Part shown: positions 11,101-32,364 of the stretch, in pieces
Layout of the letters: each line of letters begins with the position of its first letter
How positions within the stretch are numbered: the first letter of the stretch is position 1
Source: Euglena gracilis
Taxonomy: Eukaryota
Length of the DNA: 64,000 nt
Direction: 5' to 3'
NCBI GenBank assembly: GCA_039621445.1
Contig: CP154954.1
Coordinates: 29,707,411-29,771,410 of the forward strand
Program-made: the position numbers and the translations under genes
Notes under the pieces: model-generated
The model's input: only the letters and a program-made list of their open reading frames with translations
The model's database searches: none
Told to the model about the DNA's origin: nothing

Positions 11101-14100
11101 GTTCCGCGGGGCCTCTGTCCCGACGGCCTCGGGGGGCCTGCTGGCGTGGCGGCTGCGTCGGCTCCCGCTGCCCGCCCCTTCACGCTCTCCGCCCTCCGCC
11201 CCGGGGGGGACGCTCTTCCGTCCCGCCGGCGCACGTGCCCGCCGCTCTCGCCAGCCGGCCCCCCTGCAGCCCGCAGCTCGGCGCCCACTCCGCCGGCCCG
11301 GACTCGCCGCCCCCCGTCGCGGACTTGGTGGTGGCTGGCGGTGGCGAGGCCCTTCACCGGCAGGCGGTGGAACTCGCAGAACTCCGCCGGGAAAATGCCG
11401 AGCTCCGTCGCCAACTTGCGGCCTCCCGCCCTGCCCCGTGCGTCAATCTCTTCCAGCATCAACCTTACGCGTCCCCGAGCCCCGCCCCTGCCCACCTGCC
11501 GGACGAGACCCTCTTGAGCCAAGACGAGCGCATCGCCGCCGCTTTGCATGTCCCGGAGCCCGCGGCTGCCGCGCGCCCCGCCACCCCACCCACGGACGTC
11601 GTCATGCGGGTGGATGACAGCGATGCTCGTGGCCGTGCCCGCGACATCGGCGAGGTCACCCCCGAGAAGCCGGCCGCGAAGAAGCCCCTGCGCGCCGCCT
11701 CGGTGGATGGCAGCCGCCATGTCTAGCATGGCAACGTTGGGGGCTCTTGCCCCCACCGGAGGAGTCCAGGCTCCCGTCCTGCGGATCGGGACCTGGAATA
11801 TGTCCCATTGGACGCCTGCAAAGGTGTCCGCCGTCGCCGCCCTCACGTTCGACATCCTCGCCGTCCAAGAAACCCATCTGGCGGCCGTCCTCGTGGAGCG
11901 CGCGCACACCACCGTCCGGCACCTCGACCTGCACCTCCATCATGGCCGCCCTGCTCCCCCGCTGGCGCACTCCGAGCATGGTCGCTCCGTCGGCGTCGGC
12001 TTCCTCTGCCGCCGGGGCCTCCAGGTATCCCCCATCGTCCCCCAATTCCCCGCGTGGTGCCGCCTCTCCCTGATGCGCCGCCTCCATGCCGTCTCCCTGG
12101 CCCCCCGCCCGGACCTCCCCCGCGGCCTCCTTCTGCTATCCGTCTATGCCCCCCTGGACCGGCAATCCGCGGAACGCGCCGCCTTCGACCTGGCCTTCGA
12201 GGAGCTGTCCCACTCCCTCGACATGCAGGTCCCCACTCTCCTTCTCGGCGACTGGAACGGCTCTGCCCTCCCGTCGCGCGACTATTGCAGCCGCTCCGGC
12301 TGCCAACGCCCGCCCTGCCCCCTCCTCTCCCACCTGACGGGTCCCGGCACCCCGTGGTCCGACGTCCACGCCACCCTGCTGCCGGAGCCCCTGCCCATGA
12401 CCTTCCGCTCGCCCCTCTCCTCCGGAGCCGTCGCCGCGTCCCGCATCGACCTGATCCTGGCGAACTCCGCCGCCCTCCCCCTGGTCCGCTCCGCGACGGT
12501 CGACGAGGACTTCCGCGACGGAGGGCACTCCCCAGCCTTTGTCTCCCTCACCCTCTCATCCGGCCGCATCGATTGGTGCCCCCCGCTGCCGCGCCCTCCC
12601 CCCCTTCTCTATGGCCCCTCCGCCGACCTCGCCTCCTCAGAGCTGTGGTCCGACCTGCTGCGCCGATGGACCTCCTCTCCGGAAGCCGCCGCCCTGTCCC
12701 CGTCCTCAGCCCACTCCCTGGAGTCCCTCTCCCGCGCCTTGCACGCCGCCCTGAACCGCCTGGTGGCCCTCGCCGGTGGTTGGTCTACCCAATCCTCCGT
12801 CCGCCGGCCCGCCTATGACTCCCCGAAGGTGATCCAGCTCCGCGGCGCCCTCTCCCTGCTCCATCGCCTGGAGAAGCTCACCTCCGCCCCACCGCACCCC
12901 GGTCCCTGGCCGTTCACCTGGTGCCGAATCCTCGACTCCCTCGATCACCGCGGAATACGTCTGCCCCGCACCTCCGTGCCGCTCCTGCGCTGCGCCATCG
13001 CCTCCGAAGCAGCTTCCTGCCGCTCGTCCCTGGATCGCGAACTCCACGCCCTCCGCCGTGCGCGAAACTCCCGATGGCAAGCCGCGCTACCACGCCTATG
13101 GCACGAACGCCCAGCCGCCGTCTTCCGGTGGCTCAAGGCGGAGTCCATCCCCTTCGGCTCCCGCCCCGTCCTCGACGCCTCCGGCCATCAATGCCTCTCA
13201 CGCCACGACGTGGACGCCGCGGTGCGGGCCTTCTGGGTGGACGAGGTTCTGCGTCAGCACGCGAATCAGTGCCCCACGGAAAGATGGACGGCCTTCGTCT
13301 CCTCGGAGTTCGGCCCCCACATCCCCTCCGCATCATGGCCATCGGCGTCCTGGTCCGAAGACCGCGTCCGGGCTGCCCTGAGGAGCATGCGCGACGCCGC
13401 GGCCCCCGGCATGAACGGCGTGCCCCTCGCCACATGGAAGGCCATGCCGCCGGTGTGGTTCACTGCCATCGCGCGCTTGCTCAACCTCGTGGAGCAGGAG
13501 CGGCGTTGGCCGCCGGAGTGGCTCAACGCCTACGTCGCCATGATCCCGAAGTCCTCTGGCGGCTCCCGCCCCCAGGATCAACGCCCCATCACCGTGCTGG
13601 AGGTGGTGTACCGCGTGTGGTCGAAGGGCACCATCTCGCTGTGGGGCCCCGTGCTCCAACAGTTCTTCCTCAGTGACGCCGTCTTCGGCTTCCGCTCCCA
13701 GCGCAGCACCCTCCACGCTGCCCAAGTCGTCTCCGACCTCATCCATTCCGCCGCCGCGGAGAACTCCGAGCTGTGGCTCGCCTCCTTCGACGTGGTGAAG
13801 TGCTTCGACTCCCTCCCATGGTGGGCAGTCTTTGGTACCTTGCGCCACGCAGGGATCCCGGCGGCCACCGTCGACTGCTTCGAGGCCTTCTACGGCTCCC
13901 TGCAGCGCCGCTTCCGCTACGGCAGCGTCGACGGAGCATCGTGGTCCGCCACTAATGGGCTCGCCCAAGGGTGCCCCGCCAGCCCAGACCTGCTCAACAT
14001 CCTCTTCGAAGCGTTCCACCGGTGGGCGGCCTCCTCCGGTTGTGGCCTCCGTCGCCGGCATCCACGTCGCGTCCCTCAGCTTCGCCGATGACCTCGTCCT

Positions 14101-17100
14101 CGTCGGGCGTAATGCGGCCGCCATCTCCACCCTGGTGGATGGCTATCTCCGCTGGTGCTCCCTCCTCGGCGTGCGGATCACCAAGGTGCAGCTCTGGTCC
14201 TCCCTGGGCTCGGGTCACACCGTCACCGTCGGCTCCTCCACCTTCTGCTCCGCCCCCGGGTTCCGCTTCGTCGGCATCGAACTCGGCCTCCCCAAGCCTT
14301 CTGCCTCCCGGACCCACTTCGGCCCCCGCATCCGCAACGCCCTCGCCGCCGCCAGCCGCCTCCGCTCCCTGCCTCTGCCCGCCGCCGTGTGCTGCACTCT
14401 GTGGCGGACCGCCGTGCTGCCGAAGGCTCTGTACGGCTGTCAGCTCCGCCGCGTGCTGCCCTCCGACCTCGCCCCGCTAGCCGCCGCCGGCAAGTCGTTG
14501 TTCCACAAACCGCCGCTCGAGCTCAACCTCTGGCGAAGTCCGGACATCGCCATGGGCCTCCCCCCGGGCGCTTCCGCCGTCCGCGCTCCCATCGCCGAGG
14601 CCCGCCTCCTGCAGCTCCGTTGGCTGCAACTCCTGGCCAACTCCCCAACCCTCGTCGGCACCATCCACCGCGCCGTGGCCTGCCCCGCTTCAGAATGGCA
14701 TGAGCCCTCCCCCGCCCTCCAGTCCGCCCTCACCGCCCTGGGCTGGACGATCCGGCGCAACCCCGCCTCCGCCCTCGCCGCCGCCTGGCCTTCCCTCGCC
14801 CCCAAGTGCTCTTTCCCCGGAGAGATCTCCCTCGCCCCCGCCGATGGCTTCCCCCTCCCGGAGGCGGCCTTCACCGACGGCTCCCTCGGCCCCCAAGGTG
14901 GTGCAGCGGTCTGGTGCCCCGACACCGCGACGTCCATCCTCCTCACCGTCCCCTCCCCGCGCAGCAGTACACACTGCAAGCTCGCCGCCCTGGGTTCCGC
15001 CCTCTCCCTCTGCCCCCCCGAGGTGTTCACCGACTCGCTGTGCTCCCTCTAGCTGCTCCGTTCTTGGGGCATGCGCCCGCTGTCCGCCGTCCTCCGCTGC
15101 CCGGACCGCTTCGATGTCTGCCACGTCCTCGCCCTCGCCCGCTCCTGCTCCTCCCCGCCGGCCCTCCGCAAAGTGAAGGCGCACGACGACGCGGCCATCT
15201 CCGCCGGCCACCCCCTGGCCTTGGGCAACGACTCGGCCGACTCCTTGGCGAAGAGGGCAGCTCACTCCCCAGGCCTCCCCACCTGGACCCCCCCTGCGGC
15301 ATGCCGAGATGCGGTCGACCTCCTCGACGCCATGGGCTCCCCGGTCCTGGACATCGAACAGCACTTCCCCCTGGCGTGGTGGGACCGCCAGCGCCGGAAT
15401 TGGGGGCCCCCCGGCTCCCGGCCGCGCCTCGAACCCCTCTTTCCCCCAGACGTGGCCTTCGACTGGTCGGTCTCCACCATCATCTTCGCCCGACCCTCCC
15501 TCCGCTCCAACGTCTTCCACCACCCTGTGGCCCCCGCCGTCATCAAATGGGTAGCCCGCGTGCGCTCGGGCTGCCTCGCCACCCAGGCTCGGCGAGTGCG
15601 GTGCGGCTTCGCCACGGACCCCGCCTGCCCATGTTGCGGTGTGGAGGAAGAGGACGACCTCCACCTGCTGGCTGGCTGTCCGGCCACCGGTTCCGCGGAC
15701 TGGTCGGTCGCCATCCCCGAGACCTGGCTGTACGCCGCCCGCCGCTGCGACCTCTCCATCCCCCCTCCGCCGGCCCCCTGGACCGCGCAGCACCACCTGC
15801 CCCTCACCGCCGCGCTCATCCCGACGTCCGCCCTCGCTCACCACCCGACACCCGCCGCCGATGCCCTCCGCTTCCTTCGCCGCCTGCATCTGGCCCTGGC
15901 CGAGCGCCTCGCCGAGCTGCTGAGCCGCCGCTACGCCCTCTTGCTGTCCCCAGACCACCTGTCCGGAGCCCCGCCCGCGTCCTCGTCATCCTCAGCCCCC
16001 CCGCGCCTCCGCCGCCCCTGCCCCCTGCCGCCGGAACGCCAGCTGACCGTCCCCGACCTCCGCCGGTTGGAGATCGCTCGCCGCACAATGCCCGCCCCCC
16101 CCCCCCCCCCCGCTCCGATCCCGCCGCATGGGGAGGCCCGGCGTCTCTGGCTCCGCGCCCGGCTGCTTCGCCTGCTGGCCGAGAACATGGTCGTCTGCCC
16201 CGCCCCCGCCGGCTGCACGGCTCCCGCCATCCTCGCGGTCTTCGAATCCATCACGGGCGAGCACTTCACAGCCTCCCCCGGCACCGCCGCCAAGGCTCGC
16301 GCCACAGCCATCGCCCGTGTCCTGGGCAACCTCATCCAGGAGGGTGCCCTCCTCTCCCCTCCCCTCGAACGTATGCAGCGGCAAGGTACCTGGTACTACA
16401 ACCGCGCCCCCCGCTCCGTCCTGGACACGGACCGCTGGCTCCGCTCCGCCCATGCCCGGGAAGCCGCACACCCGTCCACCGCCCTCCACGTCACCATGGC
16501 CTCCGTGGATGCCTCCCTAGCCGCGTGGATACGCGACCACCGCCACCTCCGTCCGGTCCCCCCGGAACGCGGCGAGTGCAGCATGGCGCTCCTCCTGCTC
16601 TGGGAGACCGATCATGGCCGCCCGTTCCCCACCACGGCTGCTCTCGACCCCTCGAAGGTACTATCCGGCTTCACCCGCCGCCTCCATGACCGCATTCGGC
16701 GCGAACCCGACCTCGCTTGGCTGCAGTTCAAGGATGTGCACCTGCCCTTGGCGCGTGGTATCCCCGCCTCGCATCACGTCCGCTGGTCGGTCCTCATCGT
16801 GGAGCCCCCCGCTGGCCCTGGAGCAGCGTGGTACACCGCCTTCGTCTCTCGATGGCAGTCCTACCTCCGCTCCCTGGTGGACCCGTCTCTCACGCCGGCA
16901 CCGCTCCTCCTGCCGGGGTCCGCCGTCTCCTCTCCCCAGCCGTCGGACTCGACGCAAGAAGTCCCAGCCCCCTCAGCTCCCCAGACGCCCCCGCCGCAGC
17001 ATCCCTCCGGCTCGGACATACCCATACCCCAGCCTGCTGCCCTGCCGGGCCGTACTCGCCCCCCGAGGCCGCCCCCCGCATCCCCACCCGGACGCGCCGC

Positions 17101-20100
17101 CCCGCCTCGCCACCGGCCGAGCCCCGTCCCTCGAAGCGGCAGTCCACCCTGGCTGCCTGGATGCAACCGCCCCGACCCCGGCCGCCTCCCCATGGCCAGG
17201 CGGCGGAGGGCCCACCGACTTAGCATCGGCGGGCCGGGGCGCGGGAAAGACGGTGATGGCCAACCACCACCGCCGTTGAGCCCATACAGCGCCCGGTGAT
17301 GAACGACTTCATCACCAACCGAACCCCCCCCCCCCATACCCACACCCATACCCACACCCGCAGACACACCCGCACACACGCACACGCGCGCACACACACA
17401 CGTGCACACACACCCATATGCATGCACCCACGCACGCATGCACACACACACGTGCGCCTGCACACACGGCCCACACCAGTGCACACGCAAGCATGCACCG
17501 CCCAGGTCATCCAGTACGTGGTGGACCGCTGTGTGGCGGTGGCGGCGGAGGCCCGGCGGTGCCTGTTCCTCGTCGGCACGTATACCATCGGCAAGGAGCG
17601 CGTGTTTACGGCGGTGGGCCGCGCCTTGGCCTGCCCGGTGCACGTCGATGCGGAGAAGTGTGCCTGCGTGGCGCGTCCGCGACATTTTCCATCTTCCCAT
17701 ATCATTTTCATTTCCCGTATTTCCCAATTGGGCAACTGTCCTGGCAATGTGTATTGAGTTTCGACAAATTGCAAATTCTATCACCATTTTTGAGCGGCGG
17801 AATGTGAGGCACAATGTTTTGCCTGTGCTGCATTCCTTGAAGTGCATCCCAAATGTCAGCCCATACCGATGATGGCCTTTTCCGCCTGACGTCATTTGTG
17901 CTCCCGTGCTCCTCTTTTTCCCACCCTTTCAAAAGGCATCCCAATAAAATTCTCTTTTCGTTCACGTGCAAGCAGACTCAGCTGATGTGATTGTGGTGCT
18001 TGTTTTCTCACTCATACCCCCTCCCTGCCCACAACCCCACCCTGCATTGGGCTGAACCTCCGAACTGCGGATTAGCCCCCTTTCCAGTTGGAAGTCGGTA
18101 AGACCAATGCCACCCACCGCCACCAGCAGATCCTGCAAACCCCAGCCGTGATAGGTGGGCTGAGGTTCACCTGCAGGATGGCAGCTGGACCCGGTGGACC
18201 GTGACCCCATTCCCTCCCAACCCACACCCCACCGTCCAGTCAAGAGGACACATTGCCCCTTCCCCCAGGGATGGACCTAGGACCAAATTTTTTTCTTGTG
18301 TTGTGCTGTCGTGGGTAGGTCAGGTGGGCCCCCCATCAGGAATTTCTTAAGCCGCAGGGTATCCTACCCCCCCCCCCCCCGGGGGGGGGCTCCAGCCAGC
18401 CAGCAGCCCAAATTCAGGCTGGAGCCCCCCCTCCTGGGGGGTCGAGTGAAACAAAGTCGGTCCAGGCTGGCCAGCCAAGTGGGCTTCCCAGCTCACCTAT
18501 GCATGCGTTTTTCCCCCTCATCACAGCTTCCTCCATCACAGCCCCCAAGCCTTGATCTAGCTCCATCCATAAAAATGTCGAAAATGGCAAAAATGTTTTG
18601 GAAAATTTTGGTTTTCATCGACCCAGCCCAGCCCAGCCCCCTCCAGCCCCGGACCCCCCCCTCCCCCCCTATCCCCCGGTGGGGGGGGGGGAGGCCAGCC
18701 AGCAGCCTTTTCACCAGCCGGCGGCTGGACCCCCCCCCAGGGGGTCCCTAAGAAAACCCCTGCCCCCTCATGACCCGGGTGGGCCGGCCGGGTGGGCGGT
18801 CGACCACCCCCAGGCGTTCCCATCCAGCCCGGCCTCTCCCCGTCTGCCCGCCTCCCGCCCGCAGGTTCCAGACGCTGCAGCACTGCGGCTTCGACATGGG
18901 GGCGTTCCGCCTGACCGCCGACTGGCGGCCGGGCAGAGACCCCTGCTGCGTCGTGGCGCTGCCCATGCTGGCCCTCTCCTTCAAGCGTGTGTATCCCCCC
19001 ACCCCCTCGGTGAGGGGTCGGGCACACCTCGTGCACCGGGGTCATCGGCAACACGGGTGGGGGGAACTTGTGGGTTCATTTTTCCATTCCTTCGCCGCAA
19101 TGCATATCATCCCCCAAGCCGCCATTTGGTGCCCATTCCTTTGTCGTGCCACTCCAGAGAGAAACACCTCATCGCCTAAAATTGTGGGTGTTGGCAACGT
19201 TTGGTGCATGGGGCTGTCATAAGCCGGAGGGACCCCACCCCCTAAGGGAGACCAGCCATCCAGTTCCCTCTTTCCAGCCAGCAGCTCCCAGGCGGGCTGC
19301 AGCGGGGGGGGGGTGTCCACTGGAATAACAAAGTTGGGGAGGGCGGGCACGGGCCGGTTGGGGTTCGCCGGGCTTCACTATAAATGTTTTCCACACATAG
19401 CGCTGAAAATTTTCAGGAAAAGGGGGGGTTCCAACTGGCCCAAACCGCATTTTTGGAACAAAATTGGTTAACCTGAAAAATCCCAAAACCAACAGGATTC
19501 GGATTTTCTTATCCAGTTTTTGGGTACCACTCGGGTGTAGCCAGGCTGGACCCCCCCCCGCCGGACCTCCCACACTGGGGGAGCTGCCAGCACCGTTTTT
19601 CCAGCCAGCACCTTTTTCCAGCCGGTGGACCCCCCTACCCGGGGGGCCTGAAGGAAACCCCTGATTCAGTGCGGTGGTTCAGCCCAAGGAGAGCACTGGA
19701 GTGGTCAGAATACGTTGGAGGGTTGATTTGCTACCGCCTGCCCTTCCTGCTCATCTTGTCGCGCAGGGTCTTGTTGGAATCCCACTCCCCTTGAGGTGTT
19801 GCTTTTGGATCCCCCGGTGGTGGTCGGGGGGGGGAGGGCTGTCAGGCTTCTTCCAAAGGAAAGATCGCACCCCCAGGGCAGTGGGTGCTTTGGAAAGGCA
19901 GTGGGGGAAGGCCTTTTCGGCCCCCGGAGGGGGATCTAGTTTTTGGTTGGGGTGAGTCTCAGCCGCGCCCCGGCCCAAAAACAGCCCCGCCCGGGACCCA
20001 AAGCCACCCCCTGGAGGGAGATGTGTCTGAATGGGCCGGCACCCTGAAGTTGATGGCCCCTCCTCGTGGTCTTTGAAAAGAAGGGCGGTGGGGACCAACG

Positions 20101-22335
20101 CCACTTCTCATCTTGGATGAGCGGCTCGGCGCCCCCTCCGTCTCTGCACAGGGGTGGCGGCGTACCTGCAGACCGGCCGGCTGCCATTCCTTGTCGGGCA
20201 GCCCATTGACCACTTCGACGCCATCGTTGCCTTCTGCCCCACCGGCTGGGTGTGTGTTTGTGTTGTGCTGTGCAGTGCTTTGCTGTGGTGTGCTGGGTGT
20301 GGGTGTGGGTGTGGGTGTGGGTGTGGGTGTGGGTGTGGGTGTGGGTGTGGGCGTGGGCGTGGGTGTGGGTTTGTGGGTTGTGCCACCCCCACCCCCCGAC
20401 ACCCACCCACACGCCCACACGCGCCCACACGGTCGGTGGATGGGTCGGTGGGTGCGTGTTTGGATACCAGTGCTTGTGTGTGCGCGTCCCATGAACCCGT
20501 AACACACATTTCCACACACCTCAGCACCTTTGTGGAGGGGGAATGGGGAAGGGAAAGGCCACTGCACTCAACAGTACAATGGCCATTTGGAATTGCCCCA
20601 GACCTCCATTTAGTATGTATCACCAAAAATTTTTTTTACGTATCACATGTATCACGGCCTAAAAATTAATGTATCACATATGTATCACCAAAAATTTTTT
20701 AATGTATCATATATGTATCACCAAAATTTTTTTGATGTATCACATATGTATCACCAATTTTTTTAAGAAATTTTTACATTTTTACATCAAAAATGTTTTT
20801 TTCAGCTTCCTGTTCCACTTTTTATCCTTGTTTCTTTGCCTCTCTCCAGACACATGGAACAATTTTCTTGTGATAATGTTTTGCTGGACAACTGCACGTT
20901 CGTCTGTGAATTTTTCAGCTTACGAATTTGTGTTTCACAACTTTTATTATATGTTTCACAAAGGAGAATTTGTGTATCACATATGTATCACCAAAATTTT
21001 TTTAATGTATCACATATGTATCACCAAAAAAAATTTAATGTATCACATACGTATCACCAAAAAAAATTTAATGTATCACAGATACGTTGTGATACGCACT
21101 AAATGGCGGTCTGAATTGCCCGGTACCAACCCTGTGGGAGGAGCGTTGCTCACACAACACATTCGCAAACGGAAACGGTCGTGGGATGGCTGGCGCCGCC
21201 TCCTGGAAATGGGTGGCATCACAGAGTACGGGTGCCTCCGGGGCCTACAGCAAACGGCAGCAGGGGCCATTCGAGGTGCACAGCGTGCCTTACAGGTGTG
21301 GGGTTGGCTGTTGGCTGGAGGATCGACTGACAGCTGGAAGTTGCCCCCTCAATCTTTGATGAGGTAAATGGGGCCAAGGCGGTTGGGGTATGAAAGCTCT
21401 GCCCGATGATGGACCTGGCCAACTCTGTTGCCGATTCCTCTGGACCTGGGGCATTTGTGTGTGTGTGATGATTTAAATAGTTTATATGTGTTGATTGAAA
21501 CTCTGTAGGAATTTTTTTGTGATAATCTCTGACCAAGTGGAAATGGTGGGAATATCTTGGCACATGTCTTCAGAGTCTTTAGCTTTATTTTTGTATCATT
21601 TTGTATTTGTTTGCTGTTTTGAGTCGCTTTTGCAGAGAGTTCAGGCACTCTCTCCCCTCTTACAGGCTGATTGACACTCACTGCCTGTCATCATCCCCGC
21701 AGCGAACACTCCAGCTTCCGCGAGCTGCTTGATTTCGTGGAGTTCCTCCGGCCGAAGAGCATCGTCCCCACCGTGGATGCCAAGGCATTCCAAGTAAGTG
21801 GCCTCCCTCCCCCCAGTTCGGGTCCAGACCCTGCACACTCACCCACCCACCCATCCACCCACCAAACCACCAAACCACCACACACACGTGCACACAGAAC
21901 TGCATCCACGCTGGGGGGCCGAAGAGCCAATAACAGCCACCGAACAGACAGCCGCAGTCTGCAATGGAGTGGTGTTTTTCCCGGGTGGACAACCCGGTCC
22001 TTCGTAATTGTCTTTTTGTCCAGCTGAACGATCTTGCCGCTCCTTTTCTGACCGAAACAAACGGCAGAACGGATTTCACTCGTGCGCGCACACGCGGGCG
22101 TGTTTGCCACCGCCTTTTGGCACATTTGGTGTGCCGTCCAGCTTGGCGGCCGGGCCACCCGCTTCCCCCCGCCCGGCCCTCCCCTCCGCCCGGGCCCCCA
22201 GGCCACGCGGGAGGCGTTCTTGCGGCTCTGCCGGCAGCCCCCGGCAGGGCCCCGCCTCCCTGGGCCACCCTGCCGCCGCTGGCACGGCACTGGGTTCTCT
22301 TCGGGGGGGGATTCTGATGGCGCAGGGTCCCGGGC
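5095..22335 (+). CDS. SNM1: SNM1/PSO2/DCLRE1-family DNA cross-link repair nuclease (metallo-beta-lactamase + beta-CASP), 12 core exons
   Basis: Phase-consistent GT-AG exons 5095-5146, 5993-6059, 6552-6610, 7838-7936, 8182-8271, 8957-9099, 17506-17657, 18865-18986, 20152-20249, 21225-21295, 21703-21793, 22202-22335 rebuild the motifs VPGTPCFTVDGF, FLTHFHTDHYEGL, IYCSPMT, DANHCPGAVM, TGDFR, LFLDNTF, GTYTIGKER, PTGW, VPYSEHSSFRELLDFV, IVPTV. Confidence 0.92.
5993..6059 (+). CDS. SNM1: SNM1 exon (GTPCFTVDGFRHVRPECQHFFLT)
   Basis: AG 5991-5992, GTATGT donor at 6060; MBL motif 1. Confidence 0.9.
6552..6610 (+). CDS. SNM1: SNM1 exon (HFHTDHYEGLRKTFHAGTI)
   Basis: HxHxDH metal-binding motif; AG/GT flanks. 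Confidence 0.92.
6946..7227. mobile_element. hAT-like MITE
   Basis: Perfect 8-bp TSD TTTGCAAC (6938-6945, 7228-7235); ends CAGGG...AAAAACCCG. Confidence 0.75.
7838..7936 (+). CDS. SNM1: SNM1 exon (YCSPMTATLVTHVLGVSPEVVRPLPLDTEVDVC)
   Basis: AG/GT flanks, phase matches neighbouring exons. Confidence 0.9.
8182..8271 (+). CDS. SNM1: SNM1 exon (GIRVVAVDANHCPGAVMLVFHTPAGVALFT)
   Basis: DANHCPGA motif; AG/GT flanks. Confidence 0.92.
8957..9099 (+). CDS. SNM1: SNM1 exon (GDFRYTPEM...LFLDNTFGQPKAAFPPQAE)
   Basis: TGDFR and LDNTF motifs; AG/GT flanks. Confidence 0.92.
9236..11726 (+). pseudogene. LINE ORF1, frameshifted (about 10.5-11.0 kb), with C-terminal coiled coil (ELAELRRENAELRRQL)
   Basis: ATG at 9236 in the 8663-10570 ORF; continues in the 10416-10871 and 11001-11726 frames; TAG 11724-11726 overlaps the ORF2 ATG. 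Confidence 0.7.
11719..17223 (+). pseudogene. LINE ORF2 polyprotein: AP-endonuclease, reverse transcriptase, RNase H, Cys/His finger, unknown C-terminal region; disrupted
   Basis: EN motifs GTWN, LAVQETH, SVYAP, GDWN, SRIDLIL, GHSP; RT motifs QRPITVL, FGFR, DVVKCFD, GLAQGCPASP, SFADD; RNase H FTDGS, FTDS, KVKAH, GNDSAD; CPCCG..EDDLHLLAGCP. Frameshift near 14040, in-frame TAG 15050-15052, probable frameshift near the 3' end. Confidence 0.9.
17506..17657 (+). CDS. SNM1: SNM1 exon (VIQYVVDRC...LFLVGTYTIGKERVF...DAEK)
   Basis: GTYTIGKER motif; phase 0 continues the exon ending at 9099 across the retrotransposon-containing intron. Confidence 0.92.
18337..18762. mobile_element. hAT-like MITE
   Basis: TIR CAGGAATTTCTTAAG / CCTAAGAAAACCCCTG; degenerate C-rich flanking repeat. 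Confidence 0.55.
18865..18986 (+). CDS. SNM1: SNM1 exon (FQTLQHCGFDMGAFRLTADW...LSFK)
   Basis: AG/GT flanks, phase consistent. Confidence 0.85.
20152..20249 (+). CDS. SNM1: SNM1 exon (RVAAYLQTGR...IVAFCPTGW)
   Basis: PTGW motif; AG/GT flanks. Confidence 0.9.
20295..20370 (+). repeat. (GGGTGT)n microsatellite
   Basis: Read directly. Confidence 0.95.
20599..21113. mobile_element. hAT-like MITE with internal about 33-bp ATGTATCACATATGTATCACC repeats
   Basis: 25-bp imperfect TIR CAGACCTCCATTTAGTATGTATCAC / GTGATACGCACTAAATGGCGGTCTG; perfect 8-bp TSD AATTGCCC. Confidence 0.88.
21225..21295 (+). CDS. SNM1: SNM1 exon (STGASGAYSKRQQGPFEVHSVPYS)
   Basis: VPYS joins to EHSS of the next exon. Confidence 0.85.
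21703..21793 (+). CDS. SNM1: SNM1 exon (EHSSFRELLDFVEFLRPKSIVPTVDAKAFQ)
   Basis: beta-CASP motifs B/C; GTAAGT donor. Confidence 0.92.
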
Positions 22336-22439
22336 GTGAGTGTGAAGCAGTTTTCCGTTGGGGGTGATGTGACAGGGGGCAGTGAGCACCCCCTCACCCC
22401 CCACCCCCACCCTGCCTTTCGCCGCCTTTTGGGTTTCAG

Positions 22440-32364
<9,925 letters not shown>

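Larger units (their letters stand above)
9187..17332 (+). mobile_element. Near full-length non-LTR retrotransposon (LINE; ORF1 + APE-RT-RNaseH-ZnF ORF2) in SNM1 intron 6, same orientation as the host gene
   Basis: 17-bp direct repeat CCCATACCCACACCCAT at 9170-9186 and 17333-17349; two overlapping ORFs; distinct very C-rich composition. Confidence 0.92.

Noticed and set aside
11010-16689. Many long overlapping and antisense ORFs inside the LINE
   Set aside because: Expected from very high GC and few stop codons; no motifs
20660-21085. Regular 33-bp repeats resembling a CRISPR array
   Set aside because: No unique spacers, no cas genes, eukaryotic context; they are internal repeats of a MITE
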